Source of the DNA: Thermodesulfovibrionales bacterium
GTDB taxonomy: Bacteria > Nitrospirota > Thermodesulfovibrionia > Thermodesulfovibrionales > SM23-35
Direction: 5' to 3'
DNA length: 64,000 bases
Assembly (NCBI GenBank): GCA_963715195.1
Contig: CAVQRT010000007.1
Location: forward strand, 320,001 to 384,000
A program made the translations under genes and the position numbers. Below, piece after piece: positions 10,725 through 20,574 of the stretch. Each line of letters starts with the position of its first letter. The stretch's first letter is position 1. The notes beneath the pieces were generated by a model that was given only the letters and a program-made list of their open reading frames with translations, was not told where the DNA came from and did no database searches.

Positions 10725-11647
10725 GATATTTTGTCACCGAACATGCATTTTTTACGTAGCATGCTTCTTTATTGAAAAGTCATGTTTGCAGATTTGTGAT
10801 ATTCCATTTCATGTCCCGTTGGTTTTCATTAGAAATATACTACATCCTGAGAGAGCATGGGAAACAATATTTCAGGAAGCAATGTTGTTTTTCTACAATT
10901 ACTGCAACAATTGCAACATTCACCCCGAAGGCAACATAGCATTTTTGAGGGGTATACCCACAAGTCAACAGCCTTGAGGTCTCTCAGACCATTCGGATGA
11001 CTTCCTGAAGGAGTGATTTCTAAATCTTACTCCAATATGCAACATTTCAATTGAAATCAATAGAAAAATGTTTGTTAGACTCACATTGAAAATAGTATTT
11101 CGTAATCACTAAACTCCTCAGTTTATCTTGTAAGAAGAATTCTTACAAAAAAATCAGACTTATACTGATACCTTTTACTCCTAACCTGAGATAGGGTTGT
11201 ATGTATAAAAAGAGAGGGTAAGGTTTTACCCTAAGGTAGACACAATATTCCCCCCAATCGGGTGTTACCCCAACACCCTTTGAGTTTACCTATTCCCTCC
11301 AATTACCCTCTCATTTTTTTGATTTTTATATTAAAGAGGAAGAAGAAAAAGTCAAAGCATTCGTTAAATATAAAGTGTAACTGGCCTTCGATAACCATAC
11401 TCACTTTCGATTTTCAGAGGTTCGAAGAAACCGTCAAAAGACGTCAATAAAGACAAGGAGCATGCGGAAAAGTTAACGTACTCAATGAGTAGCTTGCGAT
11501 GGCGGCCTCACACGTAAGAAAGTCTCGAGTAAATGCATCAATATCTTTCTTATTGGATGAAAGGAGGTGAGTTTAGATTTCGGAAGAGATTTGAAGAATA
11601 TGTTTTTCGTCTCAATATATGAAAATATGAAAAAAGGAGGGAAAATT

Positions 11648-12607
11648 ATGAGGAAGATATTTTTACTGTCACTCTTGGTTCTCGTCACCCTGACGTTCCT
11701 CGTCGGATGCGGCGGCAGAGTATATGCACCAAGAGAGGGAAGCGCAATATGGTACTACCATCCAGAATTGCCGGAAGCAGCGCAGGCCGTAGAAGGTGCA
11801 CAGAAGGCTGGGAAGGATACCGTATGTCCTGATGAATTTCAGGCTGCAAAAGATCTTATGGAAAACGCTTATCGTACCTATTGGGCATGCAGGACTGAAG
11901 AAGCAATTGGGATGGCCAAAAAGGCAACCGCAATGGCAAAGGCACTCTGCCCTCCGCCGGCTGCCTGTTCGTTAACAGCATCACCAAAAGAGATCCTGAA
12001 GGGAAAATCTTCGACTCTTACCTTTACAACATCGGGAACAGTCAAATCTGCAATGCTGGACGGGGAAGAAGTTCCGGTCACCGGTGCCACAAAAACGGTA
12101 AGCCCGATGGCTACCACCAACTATACTGGTGAATGTACCGGTGTTGGAGGGACGCAAACAGCTACTGCAACCGTAACAGTCACATCACCACCACCACCGC
12201 CTCCACCACCGCCACCACCCGCACCAAAACCGGAACCAGCGCCACCACCACCGCCGAAAGTATTGGATAAGATGACCCTTCACATAAACTTTGACTTCGA
12301 CAAATTTAATATCAGGAAAGCTGACGAAGCTGAGCTGAAGAAGGCAGTCGAATTTGTGAAGAAATACCCGGATGCCAAGGTTGAGATCGACGGGCATACA
12401 GATAGTATCGGTACCGAACAATACAACCAGAAGCTATCGGAAAAAAGGGCGGGAGCCGTACAGAACTACCTTATTGAAAAGGGTGCCTGCAAGAAGGCGG
12501 ACATAACGACTGTCGGTTATGGAGAATCAAAACCTATAGCAGATAACAAAACTGCCAAGGGCAGGTTTGAAAACAGGAGAGCAGAGATTCTCATTCTCGA
12601 GAAATAA
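11648..12607 (+). CDS. OmpA-family lipoprotein with a proline-rich linker
   Basis: Lipobox LVGC; poly-Pro tract; INFDFDK, GHTDSIG, NQKLSEKRA and NRRAEI; AGGAGG upstream. Confidence 0.88.
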   Translation: MRKIFLLSLLVLVTLTFLVGCGGRVYAPREGSAIWYYHPELPEAAQAVEGAQKAGKDTVCPDEFQAAKDLMENAYRTYWACRTEEAIGMAKKATAMAKALCPPPAACSLTASPKEILKGKSSTLTFTTSGTVKSAMLDGEEVPVTGATKTVSPMATTNYTGECTGVGGTQTATATVTVTSPPPPPPPPPPPAPKPEPAPPPPPKVLDKMTLHINFDFDKFNIRKADEAELKKAVEFVKKYPDAKVEIDGHTDSIGTEQYNQKLSEKRAGAVQNYLIEKGACKKADITTVGYGESKPIADNKTAKGRFENRRAEILILEK

Positions 12608-12649
12608 AGCATAACAATAATTGATATACATTAAGTCTCCATTTAAGGA

Positions 12650-12686
12650 AGAGGCAGGGTCAGCGATGGTTCTGCCTCTTTCTTTG
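12650..12686 (+). terminator. Intrinsic terminator after the OmpA-family gene
   Basis: AAGAGGCAG/CTGCCTCTT stem followed by a T-rich tract. Confidence 0.65.
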
Positions 12687-12743
12687 CTTCAATATGTTAC
12701 TCAATCATCTTAATCTCCGCTCTCGAACCATTTTTATTCCAAT

Positions 12744-12782
12744 TTGACATACTGCCGTATAATATGATATGGTTAACCATAT
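12744..12782 (+). promoter_or_regulatory. vapBC promoter with a palindromic operator
   Basis: TTGACA at 12744; perfect 16-bp palindrome ATATGGTTAACCATAT (12767-12782) covering the -10 region and start codon. Confidence 0.6.
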
Positions 12783-13026
12783 GAAGACAACCATACAGAT
12801 ACCTGACAGCCTTTTGAAAGAAGCTCGCAAACTTGCAAATGAGGAGCGCACGACGCTGAAGTCCCTCATGGAAGAAGGTCTCCGTCGTATCGTCTCCGAT
12901 CGCAAGCGGCGAGGCAGGTTCAAACTGCGCAAAGCTACCTTCAAAGGAAAGGGACTTCAGCCCCATCTTGCAGGTGCAACCTGGGATCAGATTCGAGACC
13001 TCGGCTATGAAGGACGCGGAGGGTGA
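12781..13026 (+). CDS. vapB: VapB-type antitoxin
   Basis: MKTTIQIPDSLL ribbon-helix-helix-like start; overlaps the PIN-domain gene. Confidence 0.85.
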   Translation: MKTTIQIPDSLLKEARKLANEERTTLKSLMEEGLRRIVSDRKRRGRFKLRKATFKGKGLQPHLAGATWDQIRDLGYEGRGG

Positions 13027-13457
13027 TCGCAGTAGACAGCAATCTTCTGGTTTACGCGCACCGCGAAGATGCCCCCTGGCATGATGCCGCCTATGTCCGG
13101 ATTGCCGAATTGGCTGAGGGTCAGGCGTCGTGGGCAATACCATGGCCGTGCGTTCACGAGTTCCTTGCCATTGTGACTCATCCGAAAATTTATGCTCCTC
13201 CAACACCTCTGGGGAAAGCTCTTGAACAGTTTGAAGCCTGGCTGGAATCTCCAGGCCTCGTTCTTCTCTCCGAAACAGAGGATTACTGGCTTCAACTCCG
13301 CCCCATTCTCGTGACCGGAAGGGTATCGGGTCCGCAAATACACGACGCCAGGGTAGCGGCATTATGCATGGAGCACGGCGTAACCGAGTTGTGGACTGCG
13401 GACAAGGACTTTGGTTGCTTTCCGGATATACAGACACGAAACCCACTCGTAAATTAG
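13023..13457 (+). CDS. vapC: VapC PIN-domain toxin
   Basis: VDSNLLVYA, IHDARVAA and WTADKDF motifs. Confidence 0.9.
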   Translation: MIAVDSNLLVYAHREDAPWHDAAYVRIAELAEGQASWAIPWPCVHEFLAIVTHPKIYAPPTPLGKALEQFEAWLESPGLVLLSETEDYWLQLRPILVTGRVSGPQIHDARVAALCMEHGVTELWTADKDFGCFPDIQTRNPLVN

Positions 13458-13758
13458 AGCCTCCCATTGCTTTCTGTTGGTTGTAATTGGTTTTATTATT
13501 ATCTAAACGTAAATAGCCTTCTCCAAACATTCTTCATGGATATAGCCATCTCAAGGTTAAAGTCCTTTTTCTCTCTGCGGAAGACTATCGATTCATTTGG
13601 CTAAGATATCTTTTTGAAAAACTTACTATTGCCCTGATAACAATGTTGTCTTTATATCTTTTGATTATTTTCATATTGATTATAATAAGATAAAGAGGAT
13701 AAGAATTTAAGAATTCTGGAGGATGAAAAAAAATGCCTCCGCACAAAAGGAGAGAGAA

Positions 13759-14256
13759 ATGAAAAATAAAGTTTGTCTTATCTTAGTTGTTTTGGTGTTT
13801 CTCTTTACAAGCAACATACCTGGATATGCAGCTAGCGATGGTGGTTATAAAGGCGGCGGTGGTTATAAAGGCGGCGGTGGTTATAAAGGCGGCGGTGGTT
13901 ATAGAGGCGGTGGTGGTTATAAAGGCGGTGGTGGTTATAAAGGCGGCACGTATTACCGAGGAGGTCATTACCGAGGAGGTCATTACCGAGGAGGCTGGGG
14001 TGGGTCTATCTGGGTTGGGCCTGTATGGGGTGGATGGAGGCCATGGTGGGGTCCTGCGTACTATCCCTATTATTATCCATACTACCCGGAGACACCCGTG
14101 GTTATCCAGCAACAGCCTCAGACGTATGTCCAGCCGGAGGAACAGTATTATTGGTATTTCTGCCAAAATCCCGAGGGATACTATCCATACATAAAACAAT
14201 GTCCTAATGGCTGGTTGAAAGTTGTTCCGCCAGCTCCGCCGGACGAGAAGGAGTGA
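13759..14256 (+). CDS. Secreted Gly/Tyr/Pro-rich hypothetical protein
   Basis: Signal peptide, GGYK repeats, YWYFC...YYPYIKQCPNGW tail; AAGGAG upstream. Confidence 0.75.
   Translation: MKNKVCLILVVLVFLFTSNIPGYAASDGGYKGGGGYKGGGGYKGGGGYRGGGGYKGGGGYKGGTYYRGGHYRGGHYRGGWGGSIWVGPVWGGWRPWWGPAYYPYYYPYYPETPVVIQQQPQTYVQPEEQYYWYFCQNPEGYYPYIKQCPNGWLKVVPPAPPDEKE
13840..13995. repeat. 18-bp tandem repeat (six copies) followed by a 15-bp repeat (three copies)
   Basis: GGTGGTTATAAAGGCGGC-type units, then CATTACCGAGGAGGT-type units. Confidence 0.9.
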
Positions 14257-14260
14257 AGAC

Positions 14261-14782
14261 ATGATGAAACACAGGATAATCGTCTTTTTATTTCTGGCTT
14301 TGTTGGTGATGGGTGGCTGTGCGACCATCCCCAAGGGACCCAGTGTAATGGTGTTGCCACCACCCGAAAAGCCTTTTGAGGTATTCCAGGCTGATGATGC
14401 CGTTTGCAGGACATGGGCAGCACAGCAGATTGGACTGTCCCCTCAGGAAACAGTCAATCAGAATACTGTCACAGGCGCTGTCGCGGGTACGGTCATCGGA
14501 GCTGGCCTCGGCGCGGCCATTGGCTCTGCCTCAGGTGATATGGGTCCTGGTGCGGCTATCGGTGCCGCAAGCGGGCTTTTGCTCGGGACAGCAGCAGGCG
14601 CGGATTCTGCGCGGGTTTATGGATGGGAAGCACAACGCAGGTACGATATTGCATATATGCAGTGCATGTATGCCAAAGGGAACCAGATTCCAGGAGTGGT
14701 GCCACAGACCCGTTCTATCCAGAGAATGCCTCCACCGCCGCCCCCGGGCTCGGGCTATGCACCGCCGAGGTATTCTCCGTAA
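14261..14782 (+). CDS. Glycine-zipper lipoprotein
   Basis: Lipobox MGGC; GAVAGTVIGAGLGAAIG zipper; YDIAYMQCMYAKG. Confidence 0.8.
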   Translation: MMKHRIIVFLFLALLVMGGCATIPKGPSVMVLPPPEKPFEVFQADDAVCRTWAAQQIGLSPQETVNQNTVTGAVAGTVIGAGLGAAIGSASGDMGPGAAIGAASGLLLGTAAGADSARVYGWEAQRRYDIAYMQCMYAKGNQIPGVVPQTRSIQRMPPPPPPGSGYAPPRYSP

Positions 14783-14943
14783 TTCCCCGGGAACGCCTTA
14801 CCAGTTGCGATAGCGGCGCTAAGTATAGACTGTATGGAGATTTCCGTACCGCTAACATTCTACTATTGCCTAAGTGACAAAGGCTTCCAAATCTGTTATT
14901 GGGACACTACACTAGATGTCATCGACAATTTGCGCTCTTTGGA

Positions 14944-15058
14944 ATGAAGAACCCCGCAGCAGAGCTGCGAGGTATCTTATCGCAAGGAGTTATTATTTCC
15001 ATATTCGCTCGCTAACCCCGCAGCAAGCTGCGAGGAATGCGCTCACTATCCGATTCAA
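14944..15058. mobile_element. Non-autonomous palindromic element (PATE/MITE-like)
   Basis: Two directly repeated hairpins CCCCGCAGC(AGA/AA)GCTGCGAGG at 14952-14972 and 15016-15035. Confidence 0.5.
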
Positions 15059-15221
15059 TAGAGAGCCCCGTGCAGTAAGGTTTGAAACAAATGCTATCTA
15101 TGGATTTTTGCTTTCTTCCAATTATTCCATGAAGAAACAAATGCCGTAATGAGGAGATGCAAAGCAGATGAAAAGGGAACCTTTTGCACGTTGTGGCAGA
15201 ACAGCCAATATAAATAATTTT

Positions 15222-15255
15222 AGGGATTGGTCCATCAGATCGGACAAATCCCTTT
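15222..15255. terminator. Hairpin downstream of the P-type ATPase, probable terminator
   Basis: AGGGATTGGTCC/GGACAAATCCCT stem flanked by A/T runs. Confidence 0.5.
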
Positions 15256-15278
15256 ATTAAACAGTTAAAGACTGAAAG

Positions 15279-17942
15279 CTAACGATCCGGCTTTCTCCCC
15301 CTTATCCATTTATCCATCTCAACTACAAGTATGACTGTAGTGGAGACCATAAATATCTGCACCCACTCGTTTATTGTAATCGGCACTGTCCTGAAGACCC
15401 ACTGGAACGCCGGAACATAAATCACCGATAGTTGAGCAAGGAATGCAGCAATCATGCTGATAAACAGCAATGGATTGCTTATCGGACTCATTCTGAAAAT
15501 GGATCGTGTCTCTGAACGACAGTTGAACGCCTGATAGAATTGGAAAAACACCATTGTCGTGAGGGCAATTGTACGCGCCCTTTCAAGAGGCACTCCTGCG
15601 TTAAGGTTTAATATAAATAAAAACAGTGTTCCGGCAGCCAGCGTTATTCCCATTAATACTGTTCTCTGTACCATAAGGCTTGATAAAATGCCCTCTTTTG
15701 GATTTCTTGGAGGTCTGTTTAATACACCTTTTTCTGCCGGCTCAAAGGCAAGAGCAACATCCTGCAGTCCATTCGTTACAAGATTAAGCCAGAGTATCTG
15801 TGCAGGGATATATGGAATAGGGTATCCCATGACTATTGTTCCGATGATGGCAATCAGTTCTCCAAAACCACATGATATGAGGAAAAGAGTAACCTTCTTT
15901 ATGTTGTCATATACAACCCTTCCCTCTTCAACTGCAGCAAAAATACTGGCAAAGTTATCATCAGCGAGAACCATATCAGATGCTTCTTTTGCAACATCAG
16001 TTCCCGACTTCCCCATTGCGATTCCTATATGTGCTGCTCTGAGGGCCGGTGCATCATTTACTCCATCACCCGTCACGGCAACGATCTCTCCGTATCGAAT
16101 CAGCTGCTCAACTATCCTGAGTTTATGCTTGGGTGAGACCCTTGCAAAGACAGAAATGTCTTTGACCTTATTGAAGAGTTCATCATTACTCATTGCTTCT
16201 ATCTCTTTGCCGGTCATAACCCCGGATTCCTCACTTGATATCCCGAGCATCTTTGCTATTGCTGAGGCTGTAGCAGCATGGTCACCTGTGATCATTACAA
16301 CCTTAATACCAGCTTTTTTACAGCCTTTCACTGCATCCATAACATCCGTTCTTGGTGGGTCGATCATCCCCTGAAAACCAACGTATACAAGATTTCCGTC
16401 AACATCATGGTGGGTTATCTCATCGATGTCATGAGGTGCTTCCTTATAAGCCATAGCAAGGACCCTCATACCTTCTCTGGCAAACAGGTGTGCTTTATTC
16501 AGTATTTCTTTTGTCTCGATCCTATCCTTTACTACGCATTCAGTACACATATCGAGTATTTTTTCTGGAGCTCCTTTTACAAAAATAAACTTTTTCCCGC
16601 CGTGTCTGTGAAGGGTCGCCATATACCCGTACTCAGACTCAAACGGTATTATTGCTGTTTGAGGATAGTGTCTCGTTTCCTCTATAAGGTTAAGACCTGC
16701 TTTCATTGCAGAAACGATTAATGCCCCTTCTGTCGGATCACCATCAACCTTAAACTCACCTTCCTCCTCATAAATATTGGATTCATTGCAGAGCATGCCT
16801 ATCCTAAAGACCATGAGCAGGTTCGCAGATGCCTTGATATCGACTGGTTCCAGTTGATAGCGGATTTCCCCCTTTGGTTCATAACCAATTCCGCCTATTC
16901 TATATGCCTTTTCACCATCGTACACTACCCTTACGGTCATCTCGTTCTTTGTGAGGGTGCCAGTCTTATCTGACCCTATAACGGTCGTGCTCCCGAGTGT
17001 CTCAACCGCAGGCAATTTTCTTATGACGGCATTTCGCCTTGCCATCCTCGCAACACCGATAGCCATCACTATCGTTACAGCGACCGGAAGTCCTTCAGGA
17101 ATTGCTGATACTGCCGTGGCCACCGCAATCATAAACATTTCGGAAGCCTTTTCTCCCAACAATATCCCTGCTCCAAAGATCAAGGCTGAAAAGGCTATTA
17201 CGAGAATTCCTATTAACCTCGCAAACCTCATAAGTTTATACTGAAGGGGGGTCTTTACCACTGCGACTTCCCTGACTTCGGTGGCAATCTGTCCGAGGAC
17301 CGTGCTGTGTCCTGTCTCAACAACAATGCCTTTCGCCCTGCCACTTACGACAATTGTGCCCATAAATGCCATATTTTTCTGATCACCGGGTGTCAAGTTT
17401 TCTTCTTTGATCAGGGAAGTTGCTTTTTCAGCAGGCAGGGACTCTCCGGTCAGCGTTGCTTCTTCGACCCTCAGCTCAATTGTTTTAAACAGTCTGAGAT
17501 CTGCAGGCACCCTCACTCCCGATGCAAGCAAAACAATATCCCCCGGCACAAGCTCTTCACTATTAATTTCCTTCTCTTTTCCTTCCCGCAGAACCTTAGC
17601 TTTTGGTACGACCATCTTTTTCAGTGCCCTGACACTTTCCTCTGCCTTGTACTCCTGTATATATCCGATAATTGCATTCAGTATTACAACAGCAAAGATT
17701 ACACCCGAATCTATATATTCATTTAGAAATATTGTCACCACACCGGCGATGAGCAGGATATAAATGAGTGTACTGGTAAACTGGTGGACTAGTATTTTTA
17801 GTCTGCTAATCTTCTCTTCTTCAATGAATTTGTTCGGGCCGAACTGCAGGAGGCGCTCTTTGATCTCCGAATTGGATAGTCCGCTCTCCGAGGCCCTAAG
17901 CTTTTCGAATGTTTCCTTGACAGTTAATTGATACCAGTTCAT
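15279..17942 (-). CDS. Cation-transporting P-type ATPase (type IIA, Ca2+-like)
   Basis: TGES, IPEGLP, DKTGTLT, KGAPE, GDGVND and LWLNLVTN motifs; start at MNWYQL. Confidence 0.92.
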   Translation of the reverse strand: MNWYQLTVKETFEKLRASESGLSNSEIKERLLQFGPNKFIEEEKISRLKILVHQFTSTLIYILLIAGVVTIFLNEYIDSGVIFAVVILNAIIGYIQEYKAEESVRALKKMVVPKAKVLREGKEKEINSEELVPGDIVLLASGVRVPADLRLFKTIELRVEEATLTGESLPAEKATSLIKEENLTPGDQKNMAFMGTIVVSGRAKGIVVETGHSTVLGQIATEVREVAVVKTPLQYKLMRFARLIGILVIAFSALIFGAGILLGEKASEMFMIAVATAVSAIPEGLPVAVTIVMAIGVARMARRNAVIRKLPAVETLGSTTVIGSDKTGTLTKNEMTVRVVYDGEKAYRIGGIGYEPKGEIRYQLEPVDIKASANLLMVFRIGMLCNESNIYEEEGEFKVDGDPTEGALIVSAMKAGLNLIEETRHYPQTAIIPFESEYGYMATLHRHGGKKFIFVKGAPEKILDMCTECVVKDRIETKEILNKAHLFAREGMRVLAMAYKEAPHDIDEITHHDVDGNLVYVGFQGMIDPPRTDVMDAVKGCKKAGIKVVMITGDHAATASAIAKMLGISSEESGVMTGKEIEAMSNDELFNKVKDISVFARVSPKHKLRIVEQLIRYGEIVAVTGDGVNDAPALRAAHIGIAMGKSGTDVAKEASDMVLADDNFASIFAAVEEGRVVYDNIKKVTLFLISCGFGELIAIIGTIVMGYPIPYIPAQILWLNLVTNGLQDVALAFEPAEKGVLNRPPRNPKEGILSSLMVQRTVLMGITLAAGTLFLFILNLNAGVPLERARTIALTTMVFFQFYQAFNCRSETRSIFRMSPISNPLLFISMIAAFLAQLSVIYVPAFQWVFRTVPITINEWVQIFMVSTTVILVVEMDKWIRGRKPDR

Positions 17943-18025
17943 TCTCCACCTTTCATGGCAACTCTTAATAAAACAGGGGGCGAACACATTCACTGTAATC
18001 CAGAGAGCCAACAAGAGGATACAGA

Positions 18026-18481
18026 TCAGAAGAACGTTACAATGCGATCAAATGATTTTCTTAAACGATCTGATACAGTAAGGAGCATCCCCTTCAGGAG
18101 TTTGGCTCCCAATCCAGGATATATGGCGATTAGTTTATCCAGGTTTTCCCGAGTTATAATAGCAAGTGAGACATCTTCAAGTGCTACGGCTGTAACTTTC
18201 CTAAGACTGTCATCAAGAATGCATAATGCACCCTTGCTGTATATGCCCAAAATCACATTCTTGCCCTTATACTCTGTCTCTTTTTTTATTTCGACCCTGC
18301 CTGAAACAATAATTGCTATGTAATCGAACGGATCCTCTTCTTTCCAAAGTGTCTCACCTGCCGGGATATCCTTGCATTCAAAAAAAGATGACAGATTCTC
18401 GAAATCTTCATCACTCAGAAAATTGAAAGCGCTCTTCTTCCCTTTCATAGAAATATAGAGGTCTTTAAATACATCGTTCAT
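18026..18481 (-). CDS. Cyclic nucleotide-binding domain protein
   Basis: AGETLWKEED...IIVSGRVEI...VTAVALED pattern; phosphate-binding cassette looks degenerate. Confidence 0.75.
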   Translation of the reverse strand: MNDVFKDLYISMKGKKSAFNFLSDEDFENLSSFFECKDIPAGETLWKEEDPFDYIAIIVSGRVEIKKETEYKGKNVILGIYSKGALCILDDSLRKVTAVALEDVSLAIITRENLDKLIAIYPGLGAKLLKGMLLTVSDRLRKSFDRIVTFF

Positions 18482-18483
18482 AG

Positions 18484-18867
18484 TTAAACCCACTCCCCGT
18501 CTTTCCATCTCTTCTTGCATTTTTCAAGCATGATAAAAGCAAGCCATAGTTTTTCCATACTATCAAATTTATCAAAGTATGATTCATTGTCGTCCATCAA
18601 AACATTACTAAATGCTATGGCTAAATCCCAGGGCGTTGCATATTTTTCGATTACCATATCCTGCAACTGGTCTTGTCTTGGCAGCCAGACGGCCTCTATT
18701 GTTTTTAAGTAAGACTTCTTCTTCTCAAGATCACTTGTAATTGGTTGAGATTGTGAAATCAGGCCTAATGACATCGAGACAAAAAAGTCTCCAAATTCAG
18801 GTTTCCACTGCTTTTGCATCACTGTTGCACTTTCACACATCTTGATATAGTGAGATGATTTATCCAT
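18484..18867 (-). CDS. Hypothetical protein
   Basis: 127-aa ORF with AGGAGG upstream, abutting the cNMP-binding gene. Confidence 0.65.
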   Translation of the reverse strand: MDKSSHYIKMCESATVMQKQWKPEFGDFFVSMSLGLISQSQPITSDLEKKKSYLKTIEAVWLPRQDQLQDMVIEKYATPWDLAIAFSNVLMDDNESYFDKFDSMEKLWLAFIMLEKCKKRWKDGEWV

Positions 18868-19026
18868 AAAACCTCCTGATTGTTAACTCCGTTACATGCA
18901 AGTCCTTCAGTTAACTCTATCTCTTCGAAACCACGTTCGATTACTCTTCAAGCGTGCCTTTGCCCGGTCAATAAAAATTTATATTAACTTGTACAACTTC
19001 ATTCTTTTTATTCTTCTCCTCCACTT

Positions 19027-20511
19027 TCAACTAATGCGTTTCTCAAAGACCTTCCGAAAATGAAACCCGTAAATCGAGAGGGTAACGGCCTGAGGAAGAA
19101 GGCGGGGACGGCTGATCACAGTCCAAAGCAGTAACCTCCAATAATGGAATCTCTCTTTTCCGATGATCCCCAGAACAATAACAGACCTTATGAATGCGGC
19201 AATGTAGCTGAAACGGAAATGAAACAACTTTTTCTTGGGGGGGATATATTCACTCAGGAATGTCCTGACCCTTTCATAGTAATGTTTGGGAGAATAGATG
19301 GTTTGGAGGACCCTTTTGTAGCCGCTGATCAGCAGGTCATAGTCCATCTTGGGAATAAAATTGGTCGCAAAATCTGTATTGTTCCCCGAGGTCTCTTTCA
19401 CCAGCCGCTGCTCCCTCTTGAGTCTCTCGTAGAGTTGCGTGCGCGGAAGGGCATTGAGTATGCCAACCATCGCCGTGACGACCCCGCTTTTCTGGATGAA
19501 CCTGATCTGGGTGTCGAAAATTGCAAGGGGGTCGTTGTCGAAACCAACGATGAATCCTCCCTGCACCTCGAGGCCGGACTTCTGTATCTTCCTGACACTG
19601 GCGAGGAGATCGCGGTTTCTGTTCTGGAATTTGTTGCATTCTGCCAGGCTCTGCTCATGGGGGGTCTCGATGCCGACGAAGACTACATCGAATCCTGCCC
19701 TAACCATCATCTCCATGAGGTCTCTATGGTCAGACAGTTCTATGGATGCCTGCGTATTGAAGTTAAAGGGATACTTTCTCCTCTCCATCCATTCGATGAT
19801 GGCGGGGAGGACCTCCTCCTTCAGCTTTTTCTTGTTCCCGATAAAATTGTCGTCAACAAAGAAGACCTGGCCCCTGAACCCTGATGCGTAAACACTCCCG
19901 ATCTCCCTGATTATCTGGTCCTTATCTTTTGTGCGCGGCGTGCGACCGCAGAGCAGGGTAATGTCACAAAACTCACAGTTGAAGGGGCAGCCCCGGGAAT
20001 ACTGGATATTGATTGAGGCATAGTGCTTCATATTAATAAGCCCCCAGAGCGGAATAGGTGTCTTTCGTATGTCAGCCCATTGACCAGTGGTATAGAAATG
20101 GTCTGCATCACCTTTCTCGAAATCTTTTAGGAAACGGGGCAGGGTAATCTCGGCTTCGTTCAATACCAGATGGTCTACTTCCCCGAATGATTCATATTCG
20201 GTTGTGAAAAGAGGACCGCCGGCAACAATCCTGACGCCAGCGGTTTTGCATCTTTGAATAACTTCTTTCACCGATTCCTTCTGGACAGACATCGCACTTA
20301 TAAAAACGAGGTCAGCCCATCTCATGTCCTCGTCATCCAAACTTTTCACGTTCATGTCGACCAGTCTTTTCTCCCAAGCATCAGGAAGCATCGCTGCTAT
20401 AGTCAATAATCCAAGGGGTGGACTGCTAGCCTTTCTGTGAATAAATTTCAACGCATACCTGAAACTCCAGAAGGTATCCGGGAATTCAGGATAAATGAGG
20501 AGTGCTTTCAC
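19027..20511 (-). CDS. B12-binding radical SAM protein (DUF4070-type C-terminus)
   Basis: PPLGLLTIAAM and VAGGP (cobalamin-binding domain); SRGCPFNCEFC; DDNF. Confidence 0.9.
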   Translation of the reverse strand: MKALLIYPEFPDTFWSFRYALKFIHRKASSPPLGLLTIAAMLPDAWEKRLVDMNVKSLDDEDMRWADLVFISAMSVQKESVKEVIQRCKTAGVRIVAGGPLFTTEYESFGEVDHLVLNEAEITLPRFLKDFEKGDADHFYTTGQWADIRKTPIPLWGLINMKHYASINIQYSRGCPFNCEFCDITLLCGRTPRTKDKDQIIREIGSVYASGFRGQVFFVDDNFIGNKKKLKEEVLPAIIEWMERRKYPFNFNTQASIELSDHRDLMEMMVRAGFDVVFVGIETPHEQSLAECNKFQNRNRDLLASVRKIQKSGLEVQGGFIVGFDNDPLAIFDTQIRFIQKSGVVTAMVGILNALPRTQLYERLKREQRLVKETSGNNTDFATNFIPKMDYDLLISGYKRVLQTIYSPKHYYERVRTFLSEYIPPKKKLFHFRFSYIAAFIRSVIVLGIIGKERFHYWRLLLWTVISRPRLLPQAVTLSIYGFHFRKVFEKRIS

Positions 20512-20574
20512 GGAATGCTCCTTATCATTTTAGGTTTTCGTATAAACGGCTGTCAGGATCACTGTGCCAGCCCC

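Noticed and set aside
11380..11560. Possible c-di-GMP riboswitch upstream of the OmpA-family gene
   Set aside because: The conserved GEMM motif elements could not be matched by eye
12697..13530. 277-aa minus-strand ORF
   Set aside because: Antisense shadow of vapBC with no recognisable motifs
13783..14334. Repetitive ORFs on the opposite strand and in an alternative frame
   Set aside because: By-products of the GGYK tandem repeat
15559..16374. Long plus-strand ORFs inside the ATPase gene (similar cases in ftsH, dnaE and the PBP1A gene)
   Set aside because: Antisense shadows of well-supported genes
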